A stretch of 64,000 nucleotides of DNA from an uncultured cyanobacterium (GTDB lineage: Bacteria > Cyanobacteriota > Cyanobacteriia > PCC-6307 > Cyanobiaceae), in assembly GCA_903934745.1 (NCBI GenBank), contig CAIZOZ010000062.1, forward strand, positions 1,392-65,391, read 5' to 3'. Shown piece by piece: positions 1-9,829 of this stretch. Below the pieces are notes generated by a model that saw only the letters and a program-made list of their open reading frames with translations, had not been told where the DNA came from and did no database searches. The first letter of the stretch is position 1, and each line of letters begins with the position of its first letter. The position numbers and the translations under genes were made by a program.

Positions 1-29
1 GACGTTCGCGTTGCCGATGCTCTCCTGGC

Positions 30-500
30 TCAATAGCGGTAGTGGGCGAAGGCCTTGTTGGCCTCAGCCATTTTGTGGGTCTCTTCCCGCTTGCGAACGG
101 CGCTGCCGGCTTCGTTGGCTGCATCCATCAGTTCACCGGCCAATTTCTGGGCCATGGAGCGGCCATTACGGGCACGCGAGAAGTTGACCAGCCAGCGCAG
201 GGCCATGGCCGTGCCACGGTCCTGACGGACTTCCATCGGCACCTGATAGGTGGCACCGCCGACCCGGCGCGCACGCACTTCCACCAGTGGGGTGGCGTTG
301 CGGACGGCGGTCTCGAACAGTTCGAGTGGATCGCCGCCGGTGCGGTCGTTGATCAGGCTGAAAGCGTCCGAGAGGATCCGCTGGGCCGTGGACTTTTTGC
401 CATGCTTCATCAGCCGGGCGACGATCATCGAGGCCAGGCGGCTGTTGAACTGGGGATCCGGCAGGACCGGGCGCTTCTCGGCGGCGTTGCGGCGGGACAT
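30..500 (-). CDS. rpsG: 30S ribosomal protein S7
   Basis: 156-aa ORF reads as full-length S7 ([26 protein letters not shown] end). It lies directly downstream of rpsL, as in the str operon. Confidence 0.97.
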   Translation of the reverse strand: MSRRNAAEKRPVLPDPQFNSRLASMIVARLMKHGKKSTAQRILSDAFSLINDRTGGDPLELFETAVRNATPLVEVRARRVGGATYQVPMEVRQDRGTAMALRWLVNFSRARNGRSMAQKLAGELMDAANEAGSAVRKREETHKMAEANKAFAHYRY

Positions 501-571
501 GGAACGGGAAGGGAAAAGGCAGGGGAGTCTGAACTAAACAGCGGCGGATCCCGGGGCCGGGATCCAGCCCA

Positions 572-946
572 TCAGGACTTGGGTGTCTTGGCGCCGTACT
601 TGGAACGGGACTGGCGCCGGTCCTTGACGCCGGCGGTGTCGAGGGTGCCACGGATGATGTGGTATCTCACCCCCGGCAGATCCTTGACCCGGCCGCCCCG
701 GATCAGCACCACGGAGTGCTCCTGGAGGTTGTGGCCGATGCCTGGGATGTAGGCGGTGACCTCAAATCCCGAGGTGAGCCGAACCCGGGCAACCTTGCGC
801 AGGGCCGAGTTGGGCTTCTTGGGAGTGGAGGTGTAGACGCGTGTGCAGACACCACGGCGCTCGGGGCAGGAGCGCAGGGCCGGCGATTTCGTCTTGCGGG
901 TGAGACGCTGCCGCTCGGTGCGGATCAGCTGCTGGATGGTGGGCAT
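572..946 (-). CDS. rpsL: 30S ribosomal protein S12
   Basis: 124-aa ORF starting MPTIQQLIR, with [15 protein letters not shown]. This is canonical S12. Confidence 0.97.
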   Translation of the reverse strand: MPTIQQLIRTERQRLTRKTKSPALRSCPERRGVCTRVYTSTPKKPNSALRKVARVRLTSGFEVTAYIPGIGHNLQEHSVVLIRGGRVKDLPGVRYHIIRGTLDTAGVKDRRQSRSKYGAKTPKS

Positions 947-1013
947 CGAGGGCCGTCAGGGCTGGTCGGTGCGAACAGGTCGGCTAGCCGACCGATTTCG
1001 ACAATCCGTCACC

Positions 1014-1370
1014 TTACTGCCCCGTCGTCCCCCGTCCTGACTCCCGGCTGAAGGCGGCTCCGCAGGCGCAGCTGCGCACGTCATCGCCCGGTCTGACCAG
1101 GAAGCCGCCGCCGCTGAGATCGCCCTTGTAATCCAGTTGCAGGCCGGTGAGCAGCGCCAGCTGGGGCGGCGGCGCATAGAGGGTGATGCCATCGGCGCGG
1201 GCCACGGGGCTACCGGCCAGATGGCCCGGGCGCAGGCGGATCGCCCAGCGTTCACAGCTGCCGTCCAGCAGGTCGATGTGCATCAGGCCGGGGGTGCCGG
1301 CCACCGCGGCCTGGCGGCACAGTTCGGCGGCGGCGGCGGCGGTGATGCGCAGGCTGTGGCCCCTGGGCAC
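1014..1370 (-). CDS. HesB/IscA-family iron-sulfur cluster insertion protein
   Basis: 118 aa. C-terminal Cys-x-Cys-G-x-x-F signature (SCACGAAF) plus an upstream Cys (GSCERW), typical of the IscA/HesB fold. Confidence 0.75.
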   Translation of the reverse strand: MPRGHSLRITAAAAAELCRQAAVAGTPGLMHIDLLDGSCERWAIRLRPGHLAGSPVARADGITLYAPPPQLALLTGLQLDYKGDLSGGGFLVRPGDDVRSCACGAAFSRESGRGTTGQ

Positions 1371-1399
1371 GGTGGATGCTCCGGCAAGGCCCCAGTCTG

Positions 1400-3301
1400 T
1401 CAGTTGCCGGCCAGGCTGTTGCCGCCGCTGGCGCTTCCAGCTCCATCGGCCTGGCCGTTGCCTGGCACCAGCCCCAGGCCGTTGTGAACGGCGCCGGCCA
1501 CGCCGCGGCCCTTGACGGTATGGGCGCCACCCATCACCAGGCCGGTGGAGCTGCCGCCATCGAGGTTGAGGGCGTCCCGCAGGCCCAGGCCCTGCAGCAG
1601 CGCCGCCGTTTCGGCCAGGGTTGGCCCTTGCTGCTCCACTCCTTCGAGGGTGATCAGTTCAATTCTGGTGCCATCGCTGCCGATCACGGTGCGGGGAGCG
1701 CCCTGGCTCAGGAAGGCGGCACCGAATCCCTCCGCGGTGCCGTTCAGCACCACCCTTCCGTTGTGCAACAGCAAGGGGCCACCGCCGAGCACGTTGGTGG
1801 CCAGTCCAAGGGGATCGCTCGGCCGTGAGTCCAGGCTCAGAGGGGTGCCTTCCGTCCAGGGCAGGGCTGTGCCGGCTCGCCCCACCAGCACCATGTCCCC
1901 GGGGGCCAGGGGGATCCCGGCCGTGAGGCGGGCCGCCTCGAAGCGCTGGACCACGATCCCGTCACGCAGCAGCAGGCCGCTCTCGCCGTTGCTCAGGGCC
2001 CGATACCAGGGGCCCCAGTCGCTGGTGTAACGGCTGATGCCCCGCTGCACGTAGCCGCTGTTGACGACCTGAACCGGCCAACGCTGGCCGCTGCGGTCCA
2101 GCAGCCATTCCTGCAGTTGCAACCTGCCGAACTGGGGCACCTGGCGACCTTCCCAGCCCACGGCTCCCCGGTTCAGGATCGGCCCGGAGAGCCAGCGTCC
2201 CTGTTGCCGCAGCGCTCCCAGGGGCAGGCGTCGCACCCGGTTGAAGAAGCCGCCATTGATCGCCACGAGGGCATCGGCGCGCTGGGCCAGGTCGCTGAGG
2301 GCGCTCAGGCCCTCCATGCTGCCGCTGCGACTCAGGGGCTGGAGTTCCAGCGGCCCGGAGCGGGGATCGAAGCTCACCCGATTCAAGGTGAAATTGAGAT
2401 TGCCGAGGCGCAGCACCTGGCGGTCCCAGCGGAGGTCCTTGCCGAGCAGCGCCAGCAGCCGCGGATCGAAGCGGGGCGGGTTGGGTCTGCTGCTACTGCT
2501 GCTACTGCTGGGAGTGGGGCCTTCACCGGGCAGGTCAATCACCACCCGGCTGGGGTTGGCCAGGGTGAGAATCTGGCTGGCCCGCGAGCCTGAGGCTGTG
2601 GTCAGCATCAGCCCCTGGGGTCCTTGGCGCACCCCCAGGCCCCGCTGGCCCAATTCGGCCTGTTGGGCCGGGCTGCTGCTCAGGTCCAGTTCCAGTCCCT
2701 CCTCACTGGAGCGCACCACGGCGGGACCGTCGAGGTCCAGCACGATCCGCCGTTGGCCGGGCTGACGGGCCGCCCGCACCTGCAGCAGGCGCGCCGGCGG
2801 AAGCCGCAGCTCCAATGTGTCGCCGTCGCCGCTGCGGCTGACGCCCACCGCTTCGAGCAGCGCCGCCACCTCCACCGCCACTTCATCGCCCAGGCTGCGT
2901 TGGGCGGCTGGCGGCACGATCAATTCCTGGCCATACCAGGCCAGGTTCAGGCTGCCATCGGCCCGGCTGCTGCTGTTGAACCCCAGCTGGGCCTGCAACA
3001 CCTCCAGAGGCAGCCAGAGCCGCTCGGATCGGCCCGGCAGGGGAGGTTGGCGCAGCCAGGCGGCGCGCTGCTCGCGGCCATTGATCCGCAGCCGGCTGCC
3101 CTGCTGGAGCCCAGGCCCGCGGGGCAGGGCCGGCTGGATCACGGCCGGCCGGTTCGGGGCGCCGCCACCCGGGCCCGCCAGCACGGGCGGCGGCGCCCGC
3201 AGTGGGGTCGCCTGTGTCGGTGTCGCCAGCAGGGGTGCCGCCAACAGGGGTGCGGCGGCGACAAGGGTCGTGGCCAGAACCTTCCATGTGGCCATGGCCA
3301 T
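1400..3301 (-). CDS. secreted multidomain phosphodiester glycosidase (NAGPA/DUF2233) family protein
   Basis: - 633 aa with an N-terminal signal-like hydrophobic stretch.
- AMIN-like segment (RRIVLDLDG).
- Poly-Ser linker encoded by a (GCTGCTACT)2 repeat at 2489-2510.
- C-terminal domain with INGGFF and LNLDGGSSTGL motifs. Confidence 0.7.
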   Translation of the reverse strand: MAMATWKVLATTLVAAAPLLAAPLLATPTQATPLRAPPPVLAGPGGGAPNRPAVIQPALPRGPGLQQGSRLRINGREQRAAWLRQPPLPGRSERLWLPLEVLQAQLGFNSSSRADGSLNLAWYGQELIVPPAAQRSLGDEVAVEVAALLEAVGVSRSGDGDTLELRLPPARLLQVRAARQPGQRRIVLDLDGPAVVRSSEEGLELDLSSSPAQQAELGQRGLGVRQGPQGLMLTTASGSRASQILTLANPSRVVIDLPGEGPTPSSSSSSSRPNPPRFDPRLLALLGKDLRWDRQVLRLGNLNFTLNRVSFDPRSGPLELQPLSRSGSMEGLSALSDLAQRADALVAINGGFFNRVRRLPLGALRQQGRWLSGPILNRGAVGWEGRQVPQFGRLQLQEWLLDRSGQRWPVQVVNSGYVQRGISRYTSDWGPWYRALSNGESGLLLRDGIVVQRFEAARLTAGIPLAPGDMVLVGRAGTALPWTEGTPLSLDSRPSDPLGLATNVLGGGPLLLHNGRVVLNGTAEGFGAAFLSQGAPRTVIGSDGTRIELITLEGVEQQGPTLAETAALLQGLGLRDALNLDGGSSTGLVMGGAHTVKGRGVAGAVHNGLGLVPGNGQADGAGSASGGNSLAGN

Positions 3302-3539
3302 GGTCGATGCAGCCGGGTTCCGAAAGGTAGCCCCTGTGAACCTTGTCAGGAATGCGGCTGCCTAGGATCGGCCGTCCGCCGGGAGGATGGCTGCGCGCCA
3401 ACCTCACCGTGCCTGGCCCCTGGGCTGGTCCAAAGTCGGCACTCCAGCCCGGGCTTTCCGGGGGGTGACTTCCAAGCTCCCGCTCGCTCTGGCTGCCTTT
3501 AAACGGCCCCCCCTTCGTTCGCCGCTCGTGTCCTGGTCC

Positions 3540-6500
3540 ATGCCCAACCCCATCCCTCCCGTCTGGCCTCACCGCGACAGCCCGGCGCCGGCGCCGGTGG
3601 TCGGCGAGAAGGACGCCTGTGGGGTGGGCTTCCTTGCCCATCTCGGCGGCCAGGCGAACCATTGGGTGCTGGCTCAGGCCCTGCGCGGTCTGCGCTGCAT
3701 GGAACATCGCGGCGGCTGTGGCGGTGATGGCGACTCCGGCGATGGGGCCGGCATTCTCAGCGCCATTCCCTGGGGGTTTCTCGAGGCGATCTGGCCCGAG
3801 GCGGCAGCCAGCAGCGGCCAGGTGCGCGGCCTGGGCATGGTGTTCATGCCGGTGGATGCGGAGCGCCGTCAGCAGGCCCGCGCCATCTGTGAACAGGAGG
3901 CCTCCCGGCTCGGGCTGCACAGTCTCGGCTGGCGCACGGTGCCGGTGGATGCGGCCGTGCTCGGTCCCCTGGCCCGGCAGACCGCCCCGGTGATCGAGCA
4001 GTGGTTGCTGCAGGCGCCCGATGCTTCGGCCAGCGTGCCGGTGGAGGTCGATGCGATCGAGGCCATGCTGTTTCGCCTGCGCCGGCGTGCCGTTGATCGG
4101 GTGCGCGAGATCTGGGGGGACGGCGCCACCGATCTCTATTTCGCCTCGATCAGTGCCCGCACCGTCGTTTACAAGGGCATGGTGCGCTCCGAGGTGCTGG
4201 ATCGCTACTACGCCGACCTGCGCGATCAGCGCTTCGCGGTCAACTTCGCCGTCTACCACCGGCGCTTCAGCACCAACACCCTGCCCCGCTGGCCCCTGGC
4301 CCAGCCGATGCGGCTGCTGGGCCACAACGGCGAGATCAATACGCTGCTGGGCAACATCAACTGGGCCAGTGCGGCGGAAGCCAACCTCGAGGCGGTCTGG
4401 GGAGATGCCGCCGCCGATCTGCGGCCCCTCGTCAATGCCGCCTTCAGTGATTCCGCCAACCTCGATGCCACCCTCGAGCTGATGGTGCGCAGTGGCAGGC
4501 CGATCACCGACAGCCTGCTCACCCTGGTGCCCGAGGCCTTCCGCGACCAGCCTGAGCTGGAGCAGCGCCCGGCTATTCAGGCCTTCTATGAGTACAACGC
4601 CTGTCTGCAGGAGCCCTGGGATGGGCCGGCGTTGCTGGTGTTCGGCGACGGTCGCATGGTGGGCGCCACGCTCGATCGCAATGGCCTGCGGCCGGCCCGC
4701 TACTGCATCACCAGCGACGGCTACGTGGTGATGGGTTCGGAAACGGGCGTGGTCGAACTGGAGGAGAGCCGCATCCTTGAAAAGGGTCGGCTCGGTCCGG
4801 GCCAAATGCTGGCGGTGGACCTCGAGCAGGGTCGCCTGCTGCGCAACTGGGAGGTGAAGGAGGAGACCGCCGCCCGCTTCCCCTATGGCGACTGGCTCGC
4901 CGACCATCGCCGCAGCCTGGCGACCGGCCCCTGGAGCCAGGAACGGCACCTCAGCGATCTCGATCTGCTGCAACAGCAGACCGCCTTCGGCTTCACGGCC
5001 GAAGACCTGGATCTGGTGATCGAGGACATGGCGGGTGCCGCCAAGGAACCCACCTACTGCATGGGGGACGACATCCCACTGGCGGTGCTGTCCAGCAAGC
5101 CCCACCTTCTGTACGACTACTTCAAGCAGCGCTTCGCCCAGGTCACCAATCCGCCGATTGATCCGCTGCGCGAAAAGCTGGTGATGAGCCTGGAGATGCA
5201 TCTGGGCCGCCGCGGCTCGGCTCTGCGGCCCGATCCTGCCGGGGCTGCTGTGCTGCATCTGGACACGCCGGTGCTCAACGAAGCCGAGCTGGCATCCCTG
5301 GGCTCCCATGGGCTGCCTCTGGTCACCCTGTCCACCCTGCTACCGGTGGCGGCCGGCCCTTCGGGCCTCGAGCAGGCGGTTCAGCGGCTGGGCTTCGAAG
5401 CCGAAGCTGCCGTGCGCAGTGGTTGTCAGATCCTGGTGCTCTCCGATCGCCTCGGCGCTGACAGCCAGGGCATGGGCCTCAGTGCCGGCGCCACCTACAT
5501 CCCGCCGCTGCTGGCGGTGGGCTCGGTGCATCACCACCTGCTGCGGCTCGGCCTGAGGCTGCAATGTTCGCTCGTGGTTGACACGGCCCAGTGCTGGAGC
5601 ACCCACCATCTGGCCTGCCTGATCGGCTACGGCGCCAGTGCGGTCTGCCCCTGGCTCACCTGGGAAACCACCCGCCATTGGCTGGCCCATCCCAGGACCA
5701 TCTCCCTGATCGAGCGTGGCAAATTGCCGGCGATCAGCCTGGATCAAGCCCAGGCCAATGTGCGCAAGGCCCTCGAAGATGGCCTGCGCAAGATTCTTTC
5801 CAAGATCGGCATCTCCCTGCTGGCCAGCTATCACGGGGCCCAGATCTTTGAGGCGATCGGCATCGGCGCTGATCTGATCGAGCTGGCCTTCAGCGGCACC
5901 ACCAGTCGAGTGGCGGGCCTCAGCCTGGCGGAGCTGGCCAGCGAGACCCTCAGCTTCCACAGCAAGGCCTTCCCCGAACTCGATCGCACCAAGCTGGAGT
6001 TCATGGGCTTCGTGCAGTACCGCACCGGTGGCGAGTACCACATGAACAGCCCGGAGATGGCCAAGGCCCTGCATGCCGCCGTCAAGGCGGGTCCCGGTTA
6101 CGACCACTTCCGTACCTACCAGACCCTGCTCGAAAACCGTCCGGTGACGGCCCTGCGCGACCTGCTGCAGCTGCGGCCGGCGCCGACCCCGTTGCCGCTC
6201 GATCAGGTGGAGAGCATTGAGAGCATCTGCTCGCGCTTCTGCACCGGTGGCATGAGTCTGGGCGCTCTGTCCCGCGAGGCCCATGAGGTGCTGGCGGTGG
6301 CGATGAACCGCATCGGCGGCAAGAGCAACAGCGGTGAGGGCGGCGAAGATCCGGCCCGTTTCCATGTGCTCAATGATGTGGATGGCGAGGGCCATTCGCC
6401 CACGCTGCCCACGATCCGCGGCCTGCGTAACGGCGACACCGCCTGCTCGGCGATCAAGCAGATCGCCTCCGGTCGCTTCGGGGTCACGCCGGAATACCTG

Positions 6501-8168
6501 CGCAGTGGTCGCCAACTGGAGATCAAGGTGGCCCAGGGGGCCAAACCCGGCGAGGGCGGCCAGCTGCCCGGTCCCAAGGTGGATCCTTACATCGCCGGGC
6601 TACGCAACAGCAAACCCGGCGTGGCGCTGATCTCACCACCACCACACCATGACATTTATTCGATTGAAGATCTAGCCCAGCTGATCCACGATCTCCATCA
6701 GGTCAATCCTGCCGCCAAGGTGTCGGTGAAGCTGGTGGCTGAAATCGGCATCGGCACGATCGCCGCCGGGGTGGCCAAGGCCAATGCCGATGTGATCCAG
6801 ATCTCCGGCCACGACGGTGGCACCGGCGCTTCGCCCCTGAGTTCGATCAAGCACGCCGGCAGTCCCTGGGAGCTGGGCCTCACCGAGGTGCATCGCAGCC
6901 TGCTGGAGAACGGCCTGCGCGATCGGGTGCTGCTGCGCGCCGACGGCGGCCTCAAGACCGGCTGGGACGTGCTGATCGCCGCCCTGCTCGGTGCCGAGGA
7001 ATACGGCTTCGGCTCGGTGGCGATGATCGCCGAGGGCTGCATCATGGCCCGCGTCTGCCACACCAACAACTGCCCTGTTGGCGTGGCTACCCAGAAGGAG
7101 GCCCTGCGCCAGCGCTTCACCGGCCTGCCGGAGCATGTGGTCAACTTCTTCCTGTTCGTGGCCGAAGAGGTGCGTCAGCTGCTCAGCGTGCTGGGGGTGG
7201 CCCGCCTTGAGGATCTGATCGGTCGCAGTGAGCTGCTGGCGCCTCGCTCCGTCGCCCTGGCCAAAACCAGTTCTCTCGACCTCTCCTGCCTGCTGGCCAC
7301 TCCTGTCGAGGGCGCCGATCGCCGCTGGTTGCGCCACGACGCCGAGGCCCATGGCAATGGCCCGATCCTGGAGGATCAGTTGCTCGCCGATGCCGCCGTG
7401 ATCGCGGCGATCGATGGCCATGGTCAGCTGGCCCGCACCTTGACGATCGCCAACACCGATCGCAGTGTCGGCACTCGCCTGGCCGGGGAGATTGCCGCCC
7501 GCCACGGCAATCTGGGCTTTGGCGGCCAACTGGATCTGTGCTTTGAGGGCGCCGCTGGCCAGAGCTTCGGCGCCTTCGGGCTGCAGGGCCTGAATCTGCG
7601 CCTGGTGGGAGAGGCCAACGACTATGTCGGCAAGGGCCTCAACGGCGGCCGCCTCAGCGTGGTGCCGCCGGCCGGCAGCCTGGATCCCGGCAGCAAGGTG
7701 ATCCTTGGCAACACTTGTCTCTATGGCGCCACCGGCGGCCAACTGTTCGCCCTCGGTCGGGCTGGTGAACGCTTCGCCGTGCGCAATAGCGGTGCCCGCA
7801 CCGTCGTGGAGGGTGCCGGTGACCACTGCTGTGAATACATGACCGGTGGTGTGGTGGTGGTGCTCGGCAGCACCGGCCGCAACGTGGCGGCCGGCATGAC
7901 CGGCGGTGTGGCCTTCCTGCTCGATGAGGAGGGCGCTGTCGCCAAGCGTCTCAACAGCGAAACCGTGGCTTTGGTGGAGCTCCAAACGGCCGAACAGGAA
8001 TCCCTGCTGCTCCCCCTGCTGGAGGCCCATCTCGAGCACACCGGCAGCACCCGGGCGGCCCAGATCCTGGCGGACTGGCCCAGCTGGAAGGGGCGCTTCA
8101 AGGTGGTGGTGCCCCCCAGCGAAAAGGCCCTGGTGGGGCTGGCGGAGCGGCAGGCTGTCGTCGCTTGA
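3540..8168 (+). CDS. gltB: ferredoxin-dependent glutamate synthase (Fd-GOGAT)
   Basis: - Ntn amidotransferase start (KDACGVGF) preceded by a short propeptide.
- FMN/Fe-S central domain and the C-terminal GXGXG beta-helix domain are both recognisable.
- Start set at ATG 3540 (MPNPIPP). The track ORF from 3387 is an in-frame upstream extension. Confidence 0.93.
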   Translation: MPNPIPPVWPHRDSPAPAPVVGEKDACGVGFLAHLGGQANHWVLAQALRGLRCMEHRGGCGGDGDSGDGAGILSAIPWGFLEAIWPEAAASSGQVRGLGMVFMPVDAERRQQARAICEQEASRLGLHSLGWRTVPVDAAVLGPLARQTAPVIEQWLLQAPDASASVPVEVDAIEAMLFRLRRRAVDRVREIWGDGATDLYFASISARTVVYKGMVRSEVLDRYYADLRDQRFAVNFAVYHRRFSTNTLPRWPLAQPMRLLGHNGEINTLLGNINWASAAEANLEAVWGDAAADLRPLVNAAFSDSANLDATLELMVRSGRPITDSLLTLVPEAFRDQPELEQRPAIQAFYEYNACLQEPWDGPALLVFGDGRMVGATLDRNGLRPARYCITSDGYVVMGSETGVVELEESRILEKGRLGPGQMLAVDLEQGRLLRNWEVKEETAARFPYGDWLADHRRSLATGPWSQERHLSDLDLLQQQTAFGFTAEDLDLVIEDMAGAAKEPTYCMGDDIPLAVLSSKPHLLYDYFKQRFAQVTNPPIDPLREKLVMSLEMHLGRRGSALRPDPAGAAVLHLDTPVLNEAELASLGSHGLPLVTLSTLLPVAAGPSGLEQAVQRLGFEAEAAVRSGCQILVLSDRLGADSQGMGLSAGATYIPPLLAVGSVHHHLLRLGLRLQCSLVVDTAQCWSTHHLACLIGYGASAVCPWLTWETTRHWLAHPRTISLIERGKLPAISLDQAQANVRKALEDGLRKILSKIGISLLASYHGAQIFEAIGIGADLIELAFSGTTSRVAGLSLAELASETLSFHSKAFPELDRTKLEFMGFVQYRTGGEYHMNSPEMAKALHAAVKAGPGYDHFRTYQTLLENRPVTALRDLLQLRPAPTPLPLDQVESIESICSRFCTGGMSLGALSREAHEVLAVAMNRIGGKSNSGEGGEDPARFHVLNDVDGEGHSPTLPTIRGLRNGDTACSAIKQIASGRFGVTPEYLRSGRQLEIKVAQGAKPGEGGQLPGPKVDPYIAGLRNSKPGVALISPPPHHDIYSIEDLAQLIHDLHQVNPAAKVSVKLVAEIGIGTIAAGVAKANADVIQISGHDGGTGASPLSSIKHAGSPWELGLTEVHRSLLENGLRDRVLLRADGGLKTGWDVLIAALLGAEEYGFGSVAMIAEGCIMARVCHTNNCPVGVATQKEALRQRFTGLPEHVVNFFLFVAEEVRQLLSVLGVARLEDLIGRSELLAPRSVALAKTSSLDLSCLLATPVEGADRRWLRHDAEAHGNGPILEDQLLADAAVIAAIDGHGQLARTLTIANTDRSVGTRLAGEIAARHGNLGFGGQLDLCFEGAAGQSFGAFGLQGLNLRLVGEANDYVGKGLNGGRLSVVPPAGSLDPGSKVILGNTCLYGATGGQLFALGRAGERFAVRNSGARTVVEGAGDHCCEYMTGGVVVVLGSTGRNVAAGMTGGVAFLLDEEGAVAKRLNSETVALVELQTAEQESLLLPLLEAHLEHTGSTRAAQILADWPSWKGRFKVVVPPSEKALVGLAERQAVVA

Positions 8169-8170
8169 TC

Positions 8171-8209
8171 AGGATTGCCCCACCCTGTCAACAGGGGTGG
8201 GGCAATCCT
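8171..8209 (+). terminator. perfect 15-bp stem / 9-nt loop hairpin 3 nt after the gltB stop
   Basis: AGGATTGCCCCACCC-tgtcaacag-GGGTGGGGCAATCCT read directly. There is no U-tract, so intrinsic-terminator function is inferred only. Confidence 0.45.
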
Positions 8210-8358
8210 TCGAGGCAAAGGAGATTAAAGGCCCTCTGCCTCACTGTTCTGTGCCCATGGGCGCTCAAGTCCTGGATGGGATCGAGTAGCTGGGCTCGGC
8301 CTGATTGAACCGGGTCTGATTGAACCTGGCAGCCTGTTCAGGCCTTTCTCAAAAATCG

Positions 8359-8568
8359 TTATAAACTTTTTTTCATCATTGTCAAGGTGTCGTCGTTGTT
8401 CATGCCGGCGACGGCGATGGCGGCTCCACCAAGCTTGGTGCTGCAGCCTTCCATGCTGCTGCTGCCAAGCACCAGGCCGGCGTAGACGTGCGGAATTGCC
8501 TGTGCTGGCTGATTCCAGAATGGTGCGAGAGCTGCGGCGGTGAGGATGGAGGGAAAGGCTTGCCGCAT
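8359..8568 (-). CDS. small hypothetical secreted peptide (69 aa)
   Basis: - ATG at 8568 gives MRQAFPSILTAAALAPFWNQPAQA (signal-peptide-like, AQA|I) followed by a Gly/Ala/Ser-rich 45-aa part.
- The 3' end uses AT-rich codons (AAA AAA AGT TTA TAA), atypical for this genome.
- No homolog recognised. Confidence 0.4.
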   Translation of the reverse strand: MRQAFPSILTAAALAPFWNQPAQAIPHVYAGLVLGSSSMEGCSTKLGGAAIAVAGMNNDDTLTMMKKSL

Positions 8569-8619
8569 CTGAGTTGATTGTGTTTTGAAACCCAATCTAG
8601 GTTCAGATCTGTAGTGCGA

Positions 8620-9564
8620 TCAACGAGGGTGATCCCGCATCAGTCGCTGTACCTCACCGGCGTGGTAACTGCTGCGGGTAAGCGGCGTGCTCACCACCTG
8701 CAGGAAGCCCAGCTCCGTTTCACCATGCTGGCGGAAGCTTTCAAATTGCGCGGGTGTCACAAAGCGATCCACCGGCAGGTGCTTGGGGCCCGGTGAGAGG
8801 TATTGGCCAATGGTCACGATGTCGACGGCCCGGGCCCGCAGATCGCTCAGCACCGCCAGCACCTCGGTGTCGGTTTCACCCAGGCCGGTCATCAGGCCTG
8901 ATTTGGTGTAAGTGCGGGGCCAGCCCTGTCGCACCCGCTGCAACAGCTCCAGTGAACGGCTGTAGATCCCCTGCGGTCTGGCCTTTTTATAGAGGCGTGG
9001 CACAGTCTCGATGTTGTGATTGAGCACCTCCGGTGCGCCTTCCATCACCGCCGCCAGGGCCTCCCAGTTGCCGCAGAAATCGGGGATCAACAGCTCAATC
9101 GTGGTGAGCGCGGAGCGCCGGCGCACCTGCTCGATGCAGGCGACGAACTGGCTGGCGCCACCATCGGCCAGGTCGTCGCGGTTCACCGAGGTGATCACCA
9201 CATGGCTCAGTCCCAGCCGGGCCACCGCCTCCCCCAGCCGCTCCGGCTCGCTGGGATCGAGGGCCCGCACGCTCTTGTCGAAGTCGATGTCGCAGTAGGG
9301 GCAGGCCCGGGTGCAGCCCGGCCCCATGATCAAGAAGGTGGCGGTGCCGCCGGCAAAGCACTCGCCGATGTTGGGGCAGCTGGCCTCCTGGCAGACGGTG
9401 TTCAGCTTCAGATCGAGCAGCAGGTCGGCCACGGCGCCGATGCGCTCGCGCTGGGGGGCTTTCACCCGCAGCCAGGGGGGCTTGAGACCCGCCGGATTCT
9501 CCCCATCGCGCTTCGCCCCGCCGTTCGAGGGCAGGACGTCGCTGACCGTCCCCGGATTCGTCAT
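8620..9564 (-). CDS. lipA: lipoyl synthase
   Basis: Radical-SAM CPYCDID motif and the N-terminal [12 protein letters not shown] cluster motif. Start placed at ATG 9564 (MTNPGT); the track ORF extends to 9648. Confidence 0.93.
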   Translation of the reverse strand: MTNPGTVSDVLPSNGGAKRDGENPAGLKPPWLRVKAPQRERIGAVADLLLDLKLNTVCQEASCPNIGECFAGGTATFLIMGPGCTRACPYCDIDFDKSVRALDPSEPERLGEAVARLGLSHVVITSVNRDDLADGGASQFVACIEQVRRRSALTTIELLIPDFCGNWEALAAVMEGAPEVLNHNIETVPRLYKKARPQGIYSRSLELLQRVRQGWPRTYTKSGLMTGLGETDTEVLAVLSDLRARAVDIVTIGQYLSPGPKHLPVDRFVTPAQFESFRQHGETELGFLQVVSTPLTRSSYHAGEVQRLMRDHPR

Positions 9565-9728
9565 GGCACGCCGTGGAGGCTGGTCGTTGGGTTGGACTCT
9601 AAGCAGCCGGATCGGCCTCTCCCGCAGCCCAGACCCCCTTTCAGCCACCCTTGGCGTCCCAGCTGCTGAGCCCGACCCCGTCGCGCTTCACGTGATCGGA
9701 GCGGGGCCATCCCTTAAAGTCCAGCCAT

Positions 9729-9802
9729 CGGGATGTGGCGCAGCTTGGTAGCGCACTTCGTTCGGGACGAAGGGGCCGCAGGTTCGAATCCTGTCATCCC
9801 GA
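9729..9802 (+). tRNA. tRNA-Pro (anticodon CGG)
   Basis: Hand-folded 74-nt cloverleaf. Acceptor CGGGATG/CATCCCG, anticodon stem CTTCG/CGAAG with loop TTCGGGA, T-loop GGTTCGAATCC. No encoded CCA. Confidence 0.9.
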
Positions 9803-9829
9803 TTCTTTTGATCACCAGCTCAGGCCAGT

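Noticed and set aside
3327-3340. A GTA-N8-GAA sequence upstream of gltB, considered as an NtcA site (GTAN8TAC).
   Set aside because: The second half-site does not match TAC, and no properly spaced -10 box was identified.
9729-9802. The tRNA-Pro, tRNA-Ser (23587-23675) and tRNA-Gln (50464-50535) loci, considered as genomic-island integration sites.
   Set aside because: - There is no integrase or recombinase.
- There are no direct repeats of the tRNA 3' ends.
- The neighbours are ordinary core genes.
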